From assembly GCF_009914755.1 (NCBI RefSeq), contig NC_060939.1: DNA of 64,000 nucleotides, one strand, 5' to 3'. Below are positions 35,526 through 47,440 of the stretch, in pieces; position 1 is the stretch's first letter, and each line of letters starts with the position of its first letter. Position numbers and translations under genes: made by a program. The DNA comes from the human T2T-CHM13v2.0 reference genome, Homo sapiens. The notes below the pieces were generated by a model that was not told the DNA's origin, did not search any database, and saw only the letters and a program-made list of their open reading frames with translations.

Positions 35526-38500
35526 AAATAACATTGAAGAAACTGAACACACACAAGTAGATTGTTGTCAGCACAGCTCTACTGAGCCCACAGCACCCAG
35601 GGATATTCATTCGTTCGCTTGTTCGTTCATTCATTCATTCATTCATTCTTCCACAACCAAACAGAGGTCAGCATCAAGAATGCCTTAAATGTATTGGGAA
35701 ATGAACCTGCCTTCTCACACTCTTTCTACAAAGAACCTTCCCTGATTCTGGAGTCCCCTGCTCTCTGTGTCTCTGCAGTCTGCTGCTTCCCTAGGACTCA
35801 GCCAGTCTCCCTCTCTTCCTAAAGCACCTCTGACAACCTCAACCCCCAGGGAGAAATCTCACCCTTCTCTGAGTGCCTGTGTGGGCTACTGAGTACCCTG
35901 TCTGTCTCTTCTCAACCCCTGCCTGGGGCATCTTTGACATCATCTAGCTCTGTGCATTCATGCACAGATAGTCCTTGCCGCTAGCCAATAGCTACTCCCT
36001 TGTACCTCCAAGGGTCTGTCCCATCCCAGGGGCCAGGCAGGAGGGCAAAAGGAAGGGTACTAGGATTGCTCAGGGTGTTCAAGGCAGATCATGCTTAGCC
36101 CAGAGCCGAGCAGGCAGCTTGGCTAGGATGTGCAGAACAAATGCATGCGTGACTGGGCTGGTACAATATTCAGTGCAAACAAGTGTGGTTCTATGCTGTG
36201 GGTGACTGGAGAAGGAGGGGCAATGACTTGAAGCAGGCAGAGAGGCTTCTTGGAGGAGGGGGTCAGGAGAAGGAGAGGAAAGGACCTTTTGTGAGGGGAT
36301 GCGGGGCCAAGCCAGGTGAGGATGGGGGGATACGTGGAGGAACTGGTGGAAACAGAACAGAAAGCCTCCAGAGACTAACCATGGAGGTGGGTGGGGCTGG
36401 AAGGCCACTTCCACAGAGTGCCACACACAGGACAGCTAGCCCAAGAGACTCCAGCCAGCAAGCTAAGGCCCTGACTCTGAAACCACCACACCTACTACCC
36501 ACCGCCCCCCACCCTTCCCTGGCTCCACTTCCCCTACCCTCCACTGGACACGCTGCCTCATGCCTCCGTGGGACCCTGCACGAATGACTGCACTGCCTTA
36601 TCTCCCAACAGGAACACGCCCCAACCCCAATTGTGCTTCTCCAGATATCTGCGGCTGAAGGCGCCTGAAGAGCAGCACCACACATGAGCCCTCACCGGCA
36701 CCAGGGATCCCGTCTAGCCTCATGCAGAACAACCACCCACCTCCACAAGAGGTTGTTTTTTGGGGGGTTGGGGTGGGGGAGGTGTCCCTCTGGGAGTCTG
36801 GGTTTTAGAAAACAATACCCAATATAGGAGAAATGGATGCCCAGAGGACAGAGGATGAAGATGAGCCCAGATGAAAGAGGACTATCGCAAGGGGTAAGTC
36901 TCTCCACCTCCCTCCCAGTCACACAGGGCCCTTGGCTTTGAGCACATGCCCATCCCCCTAAAAGCTGGTTCCCACTCTTTAACTCCAGAACCTGGGGAAC
37001 ACTGCAGCTTTAACTAAGCCCTACCCAGGGGCTCACACTTAAATTGTCAGGGGGTGAGGAGGGGGGCAGAGACAAGAACACCACAGGGTGCCTGTCCCTG
37101 CCTTCGCTAAGCCCCTTCCAGGAGGGGCAGCTGGGTGCTGCTGGGATCCCCGATGTGAGTCTGTGCCCTCTTTCAGCACGGTTCCAAGGAGTTATTGGTC
37201 TCTCCCCGGTGCCACCCTATACCCTCCCTCCCACCTCGGGCCACGGGTAGAAAGCAGGAAGGACAGGCATGCCATCCCAGTAGACCTGCTGCTAGTGCCT
37301 TCCCAGAGGCGTGAGGATTTTGAGCTCCTCCCTGGCTTATACAAGGACAAAGGGTCTGGGAGCAGCTGGCCCTCTTCTCCTCACTGACACTCTGCGCTGG
37401 ATCTGGGGAAGCCCCAGGCTCTCTGCCGCCTGGGTGTCCCGGCTCATTGCTCCCTGGGCATGGGAGGCACCAGTGCTGAAGCCACTGGCATAATGACCAA
37501 CAGGGTTGAGCCCAGAGCCGCGGGCCAGGCTGGGCTATGCGCCCTCTGGCTGCCCAAACCAAGCAGAGGACTGAGGGAGGGCTGGGCGAGCAGGAAGGGG
37601 CTGTCCAGATGCCACAGCCCCTACCTCAGGGCCTCCTGCACTCCCACCCGCTCAGGGCAGAGCTCTTCCCATCCTCTCAGGCCCCCTTCTGCCCCACCCC
37701 AACCCCAAGGCCTCTGAGAACAAAGAGGAGGTGCAGGCACAGTCAGGCTGGACCAGGCTGGGCTGCGACCCCAGCAGGAACCGGGAGGGGCTGCCCACTG
37801 GCCTGGCCCCACCCCTCCTTCTCAAAGTGGGATCCGCCCGGAGGGTCACATCTCCTGGCATGCCTTGAGAGCAGAGAGCCCACAGCCCACCCCGAAAAGG
37901 GTGTGAGGGGGAGCAGGAGGCTCCCTCCTTACCTCCCTCTTCTCAGCTGGTTCCCACCTCCCACCCGCTCTGCCTTAGAATGAAAAGTGGGGCAAGAGGA
38001 GGTGAGAAGCCCGGGCTGAACGCAGACAAAGGGGAGGCCCCTAAAGCGTTCCTGGGCGCTCCCGGTCCCCAACTCCCTTCCTTCCACTCTCCCTACTCCC
38101 CATCTCCTTTTCACTGGGCAGGAGCTGGAAAGGGGCGATGCTTGTGTGTGGTGGGGAGCTGCCATCCAGGCTGGAGCTTGTGGAGAAACCCAGCCCCTGA
38201 CCTGTGTCCACCAGCTAGGGAGTGTCTGGTGCTGGTGGGGGCTGCCTGGGGGTACCTGGGGTCCACGAAGGGAGGTACCCACCCAGGGCTGAGCAGGGGG
38301 CTTACCCTCTAGAGTGACCAATACTCAGAATGGGAGGGGGGACAGGAAGGGGAGACCAGAGCAGGTCTGGGACACCCGTGGGGGCCCCTCCCCAGCTCCA
38401 GGCTCCCAGCTTACAAACCCGGAATTTGTTGGGGTTGGAGAGAGGGGAGGTGGAAAAGGAAGAATTTTCATTTCTGAGGCTTGAGGGGAAATCAGGCCTA

Positions 38501-38636
38501 TGACCCCAAAGGAGGTCTGGGTGGCACCGAGGTGCCCTGCAACCCCAGGAGGGCGCAGCCAGGGCCGATGGCGGCCCCCAGGGGCACTCGCCGCGGGGCT
38601 GCCCGCTCGGGGCTCGGCCGCGGCCGCCTGGCTCAC

Positions 38637-38642
38637 CTGCAT
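38637..38642 (-). CDS. LINGO1: LINGO1 first coding exon segment (ATG CAG = Met-Gln)
   Basis: Minus strand reads GAG ATG CAG|GTGAGC, a consensus donor at 38636-38631. Joining to 22597 gives [11 protein letters not shown]..., the known N-terminus of the 620-aa isoform. Confidence 0.93.
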
Positions 38643-39240
38643 CTCGGGCGCGCCTTCGGTCCGCTCGGCTCGGTCACCAATCGCATGTCTCTCCAGCCGG
38701 CCCGACCAGGCCCCAGCCCCTGCCCAGCCCCCTCCTCCGTTTCCTCCTCCTCCGACACCTCCGCCCGGCAGTCCGCGCGCCCTCGCGGGGCTGGCTGTCC
38801 GTCTGTCCGCCCCGCGCGGGCGGGAGCCGAGCCGGAGCCGGGGCCGGGGCTCGGGAGTGGGGAGGCGGGAGGCCGCGGCCCCGGCGGGCGGATGGGCGGG
38901 CGCGCTCAGGCCGCGGGACAGGGGCTGCGCGAGCCTGCTTCTGCCCCCTGGGCCGGCCCGGAGCCGCCGCCGCCGCCTCTGCCGCTGGGGCCGGGGTCGA
39001 GGCCGGGCGCGCTCCGCCGCGGGGCCGGGGCCGGCGGGCAGCGGCCGCGCATGCTGCTCGGCGCCCCGCGTCGGGAGAGGGGCCGGAGCGGCGCGGGTGG
39101 GGACTCCGCGCCCTCCGGGGCCGGGACCAGGACCCACCGCCGCCGCCGCCGCCTGCGCTGTCGCCCGCCGCCCGCTCCGGCTCCCGCGCCGGCTCCCGCT
39201 CGGGCTCCGCGCTCTGCAGCGGCGCGGGGAGGGAGCACTA
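38643..39240 (-). other. LINGO1: LINGO1 exon 1 5' UTR (5' end approximate)
   Basis: Extremely GC/CpG-rich leader continuous with the ATG. The 5' boundary is inferred from a YR initiator-like CTAGTG near 39240 and from recollection of a ~600-nt first exon; it cannot be proven from sequence. Confidence 0.6.
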
Positions 39241-39933
39241 GGAGCGAGCCAGGGAGGGAGGAGGGATCGAGGGAGGAGGGAGCGAGTGAGCCGCGGGAGC
39301 CGGGCGGGGGAGGAGAAGGCGCGGCCGCAAAACCTGGTGATGGTGGTGGTGGGGTGGGGGGTGGTTCGTCTCCTTTCAGCGGAGGGGGCGGAGAGCGAGG
39401 GGCGCCCCAGCCGCTGCCCTGCACGCTTAGGGCAGCGAAACAGGCAGGGGTGCGCAGGCGAGGGGCGCACCAGCCAGGCGCTCCAGCTCTGCACACGGCC
39501 GCGCCCCTCCGGGTCCGGGGCTCTGGGCGAGTCCCGGGCCAGCCGGGTGTCGGGGAGTCCGGCGTGCGGTCCTCCCTGGGTGTATGCGCGCACACCGTTG
39601 TGTGTGATTTTTGTGTTGCCACATGCGTGTGCATGTGAGCGCGCGAGTGTGTTTACACGTGTTAACTGGGCTGTGGACGAACACACGCACGAGGACGGAC
39701 AGGGCTCCCTACACGAACAGGGTTGTTTGGAGGGCGGCATGGGGAGGCCGACCGGGAGCCCCCGTCCTGGCCCTGTCCCCTCCTCTCGAAAGTCCGCGAG
39801 GCTAGAGGGCCCACATTCTAGCGCGGGAGGGCGAGGCAGGCAGAATGGGAAGCTCCAGGGGACGGCGAGGAAGCCGCGCTGGCCCGGCAGCTCTACCCAG
39901 GAGCCGGGGTCCCCGCCCAGCCTGGCTTCCTGT

Positions 39934-40007
39934 CCAGCAGAGGGCGGCAGGCCTCTCTGGCCCGCTCCGTCCGGAGGCCCTGCACCCAGTGGCCAGCAGA
40001 GGGCAGC
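39934..40007 (+). promoter_or_regulatory. Two tandem CTCF-like motifs
   Basis: CCAGCAGAGGGCGGC (39934) and TGGCCAGCAGAGGGCAGC (39990) match the CCASYAGRKGGCRS core. Confidence 0.55.
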
Positions 40008-40769
40008 GCAGAGCCTCCGCCTGGGCTTGACTGTTCCCTCCTCCCGGAATGGTCCCGGGGATCCTCGGCTGGGGCCACAACTTCAGACGGGCCCAAGGAA
40101 TGGGACCTCTCCTCGGAGATCCAGATCCTCCTTGATCCTCAGATACAGAAACTAGGCCAGCAGGGATGTCTTGGCAAAGCCTGCAGAGTAGGTTACCACC
40201 CTCAGGACCTCACCTTTTTCCCTATACTACCCCCTCCATCTCCTTGAAGCCAGACGCCCTTTACCACCAAGCCAGTTTTATTAGAATAACCATCAATGCT
40301 GACACCGCCCGGCACGGCCATCCCTCCTCCCCTGCTGGGAACAACCCATTAGCACATGAATACTCCTAATAGCTTGAGTCCACAGGGGCAGCTGAGGCTG
40401 GGGGAGGGGATCTAGCCCAAAGCCTCTCGGATTCTGGGGCAGACGCTGGAATCCCAGTTCCAGTGACACCCCCTCTCCCAGGAAGCCTGCGCAACATCAT
40501 TGCAGAGATGCCTGGTTGCCACGGAGGGACCTCTCCCCACCCCCAACAGCACCTTGTTTCTCGCTGTTCAGCCTCACACACAGCCCAAAGGCTTGCACAG
40601 ACCTTCTGTTCCAGCTGCACCATTTCTGGGTACTTCTCAGTCTCTCTGGCACACCGTTGCTCTGGACAGTCCTGTCTGGAGCACTTTCTCCTGTCTCCTA
40701 TGTCTATGCCCATCCTCAACCTAGGCCTAGCTAGAGTCCCTCCTAGCAGGCGTCCATGCTATGCTCTAC

Positions 40770-40925
40770 TGTGAACTGTACGTTCACCCTCCAGCAACTC
40801 TGGGGGAGGCACTATTGTTCCCCTGTGACAGAGGGAGGGAAGCCCAGGCCCAGAGAGGTTCCAGGCTCTGCCCATGGTCACACAGCCAGCAAGCCACGGA
40901 AAGGGAACTGGACTCGTCTTCTATG
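40770..40925 (-). mobile_element. MIR fragment
   Basis: CCCCTGTGACAGAGGGAGGGAAGCCCAGGCCCAGAGAGGTT...CCCATGGTCACACAGC. Confidence 0.55.
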
Positions 40926-41019
40926 GCTGAATGGACCAGCAGGGGGCAGGCTCGGCAGAAGGACTTACAGGTGGGAGGTGAAGCAGGGAGGCCAGCACAG
41001 GAGTCCCCCTCCCTGCCAG

Positions 41020-41350
41020 AGCCCAGCGCAGGCGACTCCCCGGTCCCTCAACTCCGCGCTGCCTGGACCCCTCCCCAGACTCCCCAGCCCCCCCACCCCG
41101 GCTGTTTGTGAGCTACCCGTGCGCTCCCGCCCTCCCGCGCCGCCTCCTCCCACCAGCCCGACAGGAATAGACGCTCGCTGGCTCCTGCGTAAAGGCTCCG
41201 CCAGGCACCCGGCGGGCGCGCAGACCCGCTGGGGGGCGGGGGCGGGGGCGAGGGCTATTCCTGGTGCGGTGACTGACGCAGGCAAGGCGCGGCCACCACA
41301 TCTCTCCGCCCCCGACTCACCTGCTCCCTGCCTCAGTGATCTCGGCGGAG
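41020..41350. promoter_or_regulatory. Second CpG-rich promoter-like element upstream of exon 1
   Basis: CpG cluster, tandem GC boxes (GGGGCGGGGGCGGGGGCG, ~41233-41250), TGACGCA CRE/ATF-like site (~41274-41280), and a minus-strand consensus donor CAG|GTGAGT at 41321/41320. Confidence 0.6.
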
Positions 41351-44300
41351 AAATGGGGGAGAGCCCACTCATTCCACCCCGCTAACCCCCAGGTGCTACC
41401 GGAGGAAGCTGGGGTCCTAGGGTGGGGTATTTTGGTGCCCACAATGATCCCTCCGCGCCTCGGAGGCAGCAGGGATGACCACGGAGCTGTGTCTGGGAGG
41501 AAGAGCCCCTTGGCCTCGGTTCTCCACTGTCAATGGCATCCAAGCCATTCCCCTTTCCCTTTGTCTCCAAAAGACATGACCCCTCCCAGCTCTCCCTGTT
41601 TTATTCCAATGGAAACGACGGGGAGCTTTGGGGGAACAACTTGGAGGATAGGCCTTTTTGAGGGTCTAGTTTGGGCCTGGTGAGAGTACGGGTCCCTGGC
41701 ATTGTCACCTAGAGACTCCAGGAAAAGGGGGTCTGTCACTGGGTCCCCACCCAGTTACCTCTGCATGAGCTGTGGAACAGGCATCTCTCCTCTCCTGTCG
41801 GGTGGGGTGGTTCCCAGCAGAGTCCTCTCAGGGGTCCCAGGGCCATGGAGAATGTGACACACCGGGATGGCCTAGTCCAAGTGTGCTCTGGCACAACCAG
41901 GGGATCATGTCCAGGAGCTACAGCTGAAGAATGTTCCCCGCACCCCAGGCCTTTGTGCCTGCTGGACCACCCTGGTGGCGTGCCTTTTCCCTGATTTCTA
42001 CCTGTGCTTCAAAACCCAACCAAGACCCATCTCTTCTATTCCTGTCTCCTCTCCCCAGACTGAAATGACATTAGAGGCAAGGCCCAAATCTTTTCCCTCT
42101 ATCCTCAGACTAGGTGCTCCCAAGAGCAGATCTGAGACTGCGTGTCTCATAGGTGGGCACACAGCAGACCCTGGCTGCAGGCTGAGAACTCAGCAAGTCC
42201 CAATAAAGCAGGAGCCAGTGGCTGGAAGGAGCCAGCCTGACTGCTCACTGCAAAGTGGAGAAGCTGGAATGGGTTTGCCCGGGAACACAGGAGGAGGGGA
42301 GAAGGCCCTCCACCATGTATTCAGCCCTTACTATAAGCCAGACTCAGCCACACTTCACATCTTTGTCTCTCTGCAAGATTGGCATTGCTGTTCCTACTGT
42401 ACAGATGAGAAGACCGAGGCTCTGGGAGGGCTGGTGACTTGCTCAAGTTCACTCTGTGCACGAGTTAGAGCTGGGCTTTGAAGCTCTGTGTGTATCTAAT
42501 GTTAGTCCTGCTCTCCTTTCACTCTGAGAGGCTGAGGAGGCAGGAGGTGGAGCTGGGGCAAGGACCAAGGGTCCCCCAGGCACAGAAAGGAGAGGGTGGC
42601 ACACACAGGCCTGCCTACATGCCTGCTCTATGCTGGTCCTATCCACTGGCATCCCAGCAGCTCGCAGGGTTTTACGATGATGATTATTTCTGAAGGCACT
42701 TGAAATTAATGACGGCTCTAAAATGGCTGGGACAGCAGAGTCATTGCTGAGACCTCTAATTAGCAAGAAAAACGGAGACCAGGAGCCTTGGAGGTGAGTG
42801 GGGGTTGGGCAGCTGGCATTGGGCATGGAGCAGGGCTGGGGGAGTGAGGTGGAGCCAGCATCCAGCTGGGGGGCCCTGTGGAGCTGGGTGCTCAGGTGGA
42901 CCCCGTGTTCTACTTTATGCCACAAGTTAACTTGTTAACTTGCTGTGTGACCTTGAGGGGGTCACAGCCACTCCCTGGGCCAAAGTTTCCCCAGCTATGC
43001 AATGAGAGGTTGCCCTGGGGGGGTCTCTAAGCTCAGGGCTCCTTGGACGACCCTGATCCCCTAAAAGGCTGAAGTCCAGAAGGTGGGGGCCATGTAGCCT
43101 CCAGAAGCCACCACAGAGACCCACAGCCCTCCATGATGGGGTTGCTGAGGCCGCTGTGTAATGAAGTACTAGGCTAGAGTGAAGTGGATTGAGAAGTGGC
43201 AGAAAATCCATAGGTCAGGCCCTGCGCTGGTGCACTGTGGAGGCCAGACAGGGATGGAGGCACCTGAGGGGGCTAGCGGGACAGTCCCTTCTTGGAGGTG
43301 GTCCTGGAGATGTGGCTCGGTATAGAGCCTTCCTGCCCCCTCCTGACCCCCTCCTCAAGAGTCAGAGCAGACTTGGGGACACCAGCTTCCCATGTAAGCA
43401 TGTCACAAAGGGTCAGGCCTGAGTATCTTAAAGGAAAGTCCCTCATCCAGTGCTGCCCAAGTCTGGATCCTCCACATCCTGCATGGGGCAGCCAACATGG
43501 GGAAGGCACAGGGGCTCACCTGGAGGGGTTCTCTCCCCACAGTGGCTGGCCCAAGTTGGTGTGGAGATATGCAGGTTCCCAGGGAACATCCATGGTGGGT
43601 GCAGGCTGAGGCCAAGACTCAAGGGCAAGGGTGTGTGGGAGGCCCACCCCCGTTAACTGGGGCATCCTCTTCCCTGGCATTTACTTCATGCTTGTCTTGT
43701 CATCGATAGCTTTCTCAGCCCCTCAAATCCTCTCCCCTTCCAGTTCAGGTCCCTGTGTGTCCCCCTCCTTCCAAAAACCTGCTGAGAACCTCACCTTCCC
43801 CTCGGGCGGGGCTGTATGTCCCTGGACACCTTCCTGAGTCTCAGTTTCCTCCTCTGTAAGATAATGTCGGTTTCACGGGGTGGTGTGAGGGTCTCATGGC
43901 TTAACGTGTGGCTGGTATCTACCTGATGCTGATGTAGTAGGAGCTTGATAAATGCAGGTATTTTTAGGTGATCATACTGACTGTCATGGTCACTGGCTGC
44001 CTCCTGACCCCTTCTCTTTAAAGTCAGGGCTCTAGCCTAAGGTCCCTTTCAGCATTCCCACTCGGAGACACCTGGACCACATTCTCTGTCGCCTGAGAAT
44101 CAGGAACACCCTGAGGGCTTGGATTCATCTTGTCTCCTCCAGTTTCCACAGCCAGCCCACAGCCCTGATTCCAGAGGGTCTGATGTCTACAAATTACACC
44201 TGACTGAAGTCTCTTAATCAGGAAGGCCCAGTAGATTCCCCTAGAGAGGAGGGCCAGGGCATGGGGGCAGGGACACTCTTGAATCCATACTTCTTACTCC

Positions 44301-45111
44301 CTCTCACCATGGGGCACCCATGCCTCCAAGGAAATGTTTCAGCACCAGTGACAGGTCACTTGTCTAGAAGCAACGTAGTCAGCAGCCTCCCCTACTGGGA
44401 ATCTCACTGGGAATCCGGGGAAGCCCAAAGGCTCTTGGAGAACTCAAGACAGAAGCCCTGGCAGAGAAATGAGGTCTGGGCCTGGCCCCCACTCAGTGCT
44501 GCCACGGCCCTTCTGCACTGGGTGGCCTGGCTGCTGTGTCTACAGTGGCTGAGAAGCAAGAAATTGGTCTGGGGCCAGTCCGTAAAGGGCCCCTCAGCAC
44601 TACCCCCGCCGAAGTTCCCCCCAGGAAAACACCCAGTGTTCCTGACCTTGAGTTACTGTGGGATGCAGTTAGCTGTTCTTAAGAAGTCAAGGAAGTGTGC
44701 ACTCCTTTAAAAAAAATTAGATTAGGAGCAAAAACAAAAAAACAAATAGAAAATGTAAGATCACTCCCTGGCTCCATGGGAACTTGGGCTCTGTGCTTGG
44801 CAGAGAGGCTCCTCCTGAGAGCCTGGCTCGGCTGTCCCCATGGATCATGTCAGGGGGAATTTGAGCTAATGTGTGCAAACAGGCAGCACTATTAGCAAAT
44901 CCATTCATTAAGCGCTTGCCTTAAGTTCTGTTGTGCAGGAGACTTGTTTATTAACTTAAGTCGGAGCCTGTTATTAAGTCAAAGGCAGCATAGTGGCTCG
45001 AAAGGTGCCCAGCATCAGGGCCAGGCAGTCTTGGGTTCCAGTTCTGACTCTGTCTCTGACTCCTGTGTCACCCTAGGCAAGTCACTTTACCTCTCTGAGT
45101 CTCAGTTGCCC

Positions 45112-45648
45112 AGTGATAGGCAGCCCCTAAGAGGACTCCCAGTGGTCCCTGCCTTCTGGTATTGCCCTGCTTGTGTAATCCCCTCCCCTTCAGTGTGGGC
45201 TGGATCAGTGGACCCACTTTTAGTGAACAGAATACGGCAGAAGTGACACAATGTCACTTGTGAGATTAGATTACAAAACAACTGTGGTTTCCATCTTGGG
45301 TACCTTTTCTCGATCACTTGCTTTTTGCTATGAGGAGGGCCAGTTGCCATGTTACGAGAAGCCCACATAGAAAGGAACTGATGTCTCTAGTCAACCCCCC
45401 ATGAGGCCCTGGGACCTTCCAATCGCCACTTGAGTGAGCTTGGAAACAGCTCCTCTTTGAGTTGAGCCTTGAGATGACTGAAGCTCCGGCTGATGTCTAG
45501 ATGGGAGCCTTGTGAGAGGCCCTGAGCTAGAGGTACCCAGCTAAGCCTCACCTGGATTCCCAACTTACTGAAACTGGGAGGTAATACATATTTGCTGTTT
45601 TAAGCTAAGTTTTGGAGTGATTTGTTATGCAGCAATAGATAATTAAAC
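45112..45648 (+). mobile_element. MaLR solo LTR (MLT1 family) inserted into a MIR
   Basis: LTR 3' end TGTTTTAAGCTAAGTTTTGGAGTGATTTGTTATGCAGCAATAGATAA. MIR halves flank it (…CTCTCTGAGTCTCAGTT at ~45100; CATCTGTAAAATGGG at ~45657). Confidence 0.8.
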
Positions 45649-45849
45649 TCATGCTCCATCTGTAAAATGGGTATAGTAACTCCTTTCTCCCAGTGTGGCG
45701 AGGGTATTGAGATAAGGCAGGCAAAGTGTCTGCTCTCAAGGGGGGCAAGGAATGGCCCGGCAACTTGGTGGTTATCCAGTAAAGGTGGAAAGACGCACAC
45801 CCTACGACCCAGCAGTTCCCCGAGGCATGAGCACACGAGGGCAAGCAGA

Positions 45850-46200
45850 GGAGCGCGCATGGCAGGATTGTTATAGCGAAAAACAGGAAATGGCCTAAGT
45901 GCCCATCATTGGGAAAAGGAATGTACAGAACACGGTACATTCGCACAATGGAATACTATGCAGCAGTGAAAACAGCTATGTTGGAGTTACTTGCATCAGC
46001 ATAGGTGATCTCATAAACACGATGTGGAGGAAAAAACATATGTACAAGGTATACCATTTATCTCAAGTTTAAAAACAAGCCCCAAGCCCTATAAACTGAA
46101 TATGGATACCTACAAATATAGGAAAAGTATTAAAACACGCAGGACAGTGATTAACACCAATTCCAGAGGACTGTCACCTCTAGGGAGAGAGAAGGGGAGG
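45850..46200 (+). mobile_element. Old L1 (L1M) 3' fragment
   Basis: CACAATGGAATACTATGCAGCAGTGAAAA...ATACCATTTAT. Confidence 0.75.
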
Positions 46201-47140
46201 TGGCAGAGTCAGGCCTATCCTGATCCCCACACTTTGAACCCCACACCATGAGCAGCACGGTGGTTCTAAGTGTGTTATCCACTCACTCAGCAACCCGCTC
46301 AATCCTCTCAGCAACGCTATGGGCTCCCTTCTATTACTATCTCATCTTACAGTGGGGAAACTGAGGCACACAGAATCCAGGGAGATATTCCTGGGCTTTC
46401 CAGCCTAGCAGGAAGCCAGGACTTGGTTCCTCACTCTGTCATTAACTTGGAGGAGTCCACATTATCTCCCTGGCCTCAGTTTATTTTTCTGTGACTTGGG
46501 AGACACTCACTCCTTTCCCTAGATAGGTGTGGCTTGAGAGACTCGCAAAGTCTTGATTAATCAACCTGGAATATTTGCAGAGACCCTGTGAGCCAAGCCT
46601 GGTCCCAGCTACATGGCAGGGGAGACTAAAAACAAGGAAGTGTGGACGAGAGAAGGCGTAAATAAGACAATTCAATCCAACGTAATTCAGTATGGTTCAA
46701 TTTCACATGGGCTCAAATCACGGACAGACAACGGGTGAGGTTAAGGATATTACTTGAGCACCTCTGGCATGCTAGGCCACATACTAGGTGCTTTTACAAA
46801 TTATATAAGCCTCAATCACACCCTGTAAAGTAGGGACTGTTATTATCCTCATTTAGCAGTTAGGAAACAGGATCAGGGAGGGTGAGCAACTTCCCCAGGT
46901 CACACTGACAGCTGAGATTGTCAGGATGTACCCTCCCTCCATTCTGACCTGTCCTCTGTTTGGTGTTGGGGACATAGACGGAGACCAGGCCTTGGTGCCC
47001 ACTGGGGAATCTCAGCACAGACCAGGAGAGTCTGGAGGAGTCCAGAGGAGGTGGAGCAAACAGGAGAGGCTTCCTGGGGGAGGAGGGTGAAGGCGAATGC
47101 TTCAGTGGGCTCATTGGTGGTGAGACAGGTGGAGGCATCC

Positions 47141-47440
47141 ATCCATTCATCTCCTCATTCATTCATTCATTCATTCATTCATTCATCAAATGCCAAACAT
47201 TTGCCACAGTTTTCTCTAGGCTCCAAAGCCCATGGTCTGGCAGGCAAGACTCAACCTAGTGTGATCCAGGCTGAGGTGGGAGAAGTGGGGGTGGGGCTGC
47301 ACACACACAGCAGGCAGGTCAGACATCCAGAAGGAAGCAATGGCTGAGCTGAAATCAAAGGATGAGTTGGGATCAGTCAGGTACACGGAAGGTAGAGGCT
47401 GGTGCTCCAGGCAGAACAGCAGGTGCAAAGGCTGGGCCCT
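47141..47440 (-). mobile_element. L2 fragment with a (CATT)n end
   Basis: (ATTC)n followed by reverse-L2-like sequence (…CCAGGCAGAACAGCAGGTGCAAAGGC). Confidence 0.6.

Larger units (their letters stand above)
38550..39750. promoter_or_regulatory. CpG island promoter of LINGO1
   Basis: Very high GC content and CpG density surrounding exon 1, with GC boxes and short (GCC)n tracts. Confidence 0.92.

Noticed and set aside
38325-40155. Long ORFs of 385, 471 and 551 aa across the CpG island
   Set aside because: Low-complexity Pro/Gly/Ala/Arg translations open in several frames on both strands, as expected from stop-codon scarcity in very GC-rich DNA; no recognisable domain.
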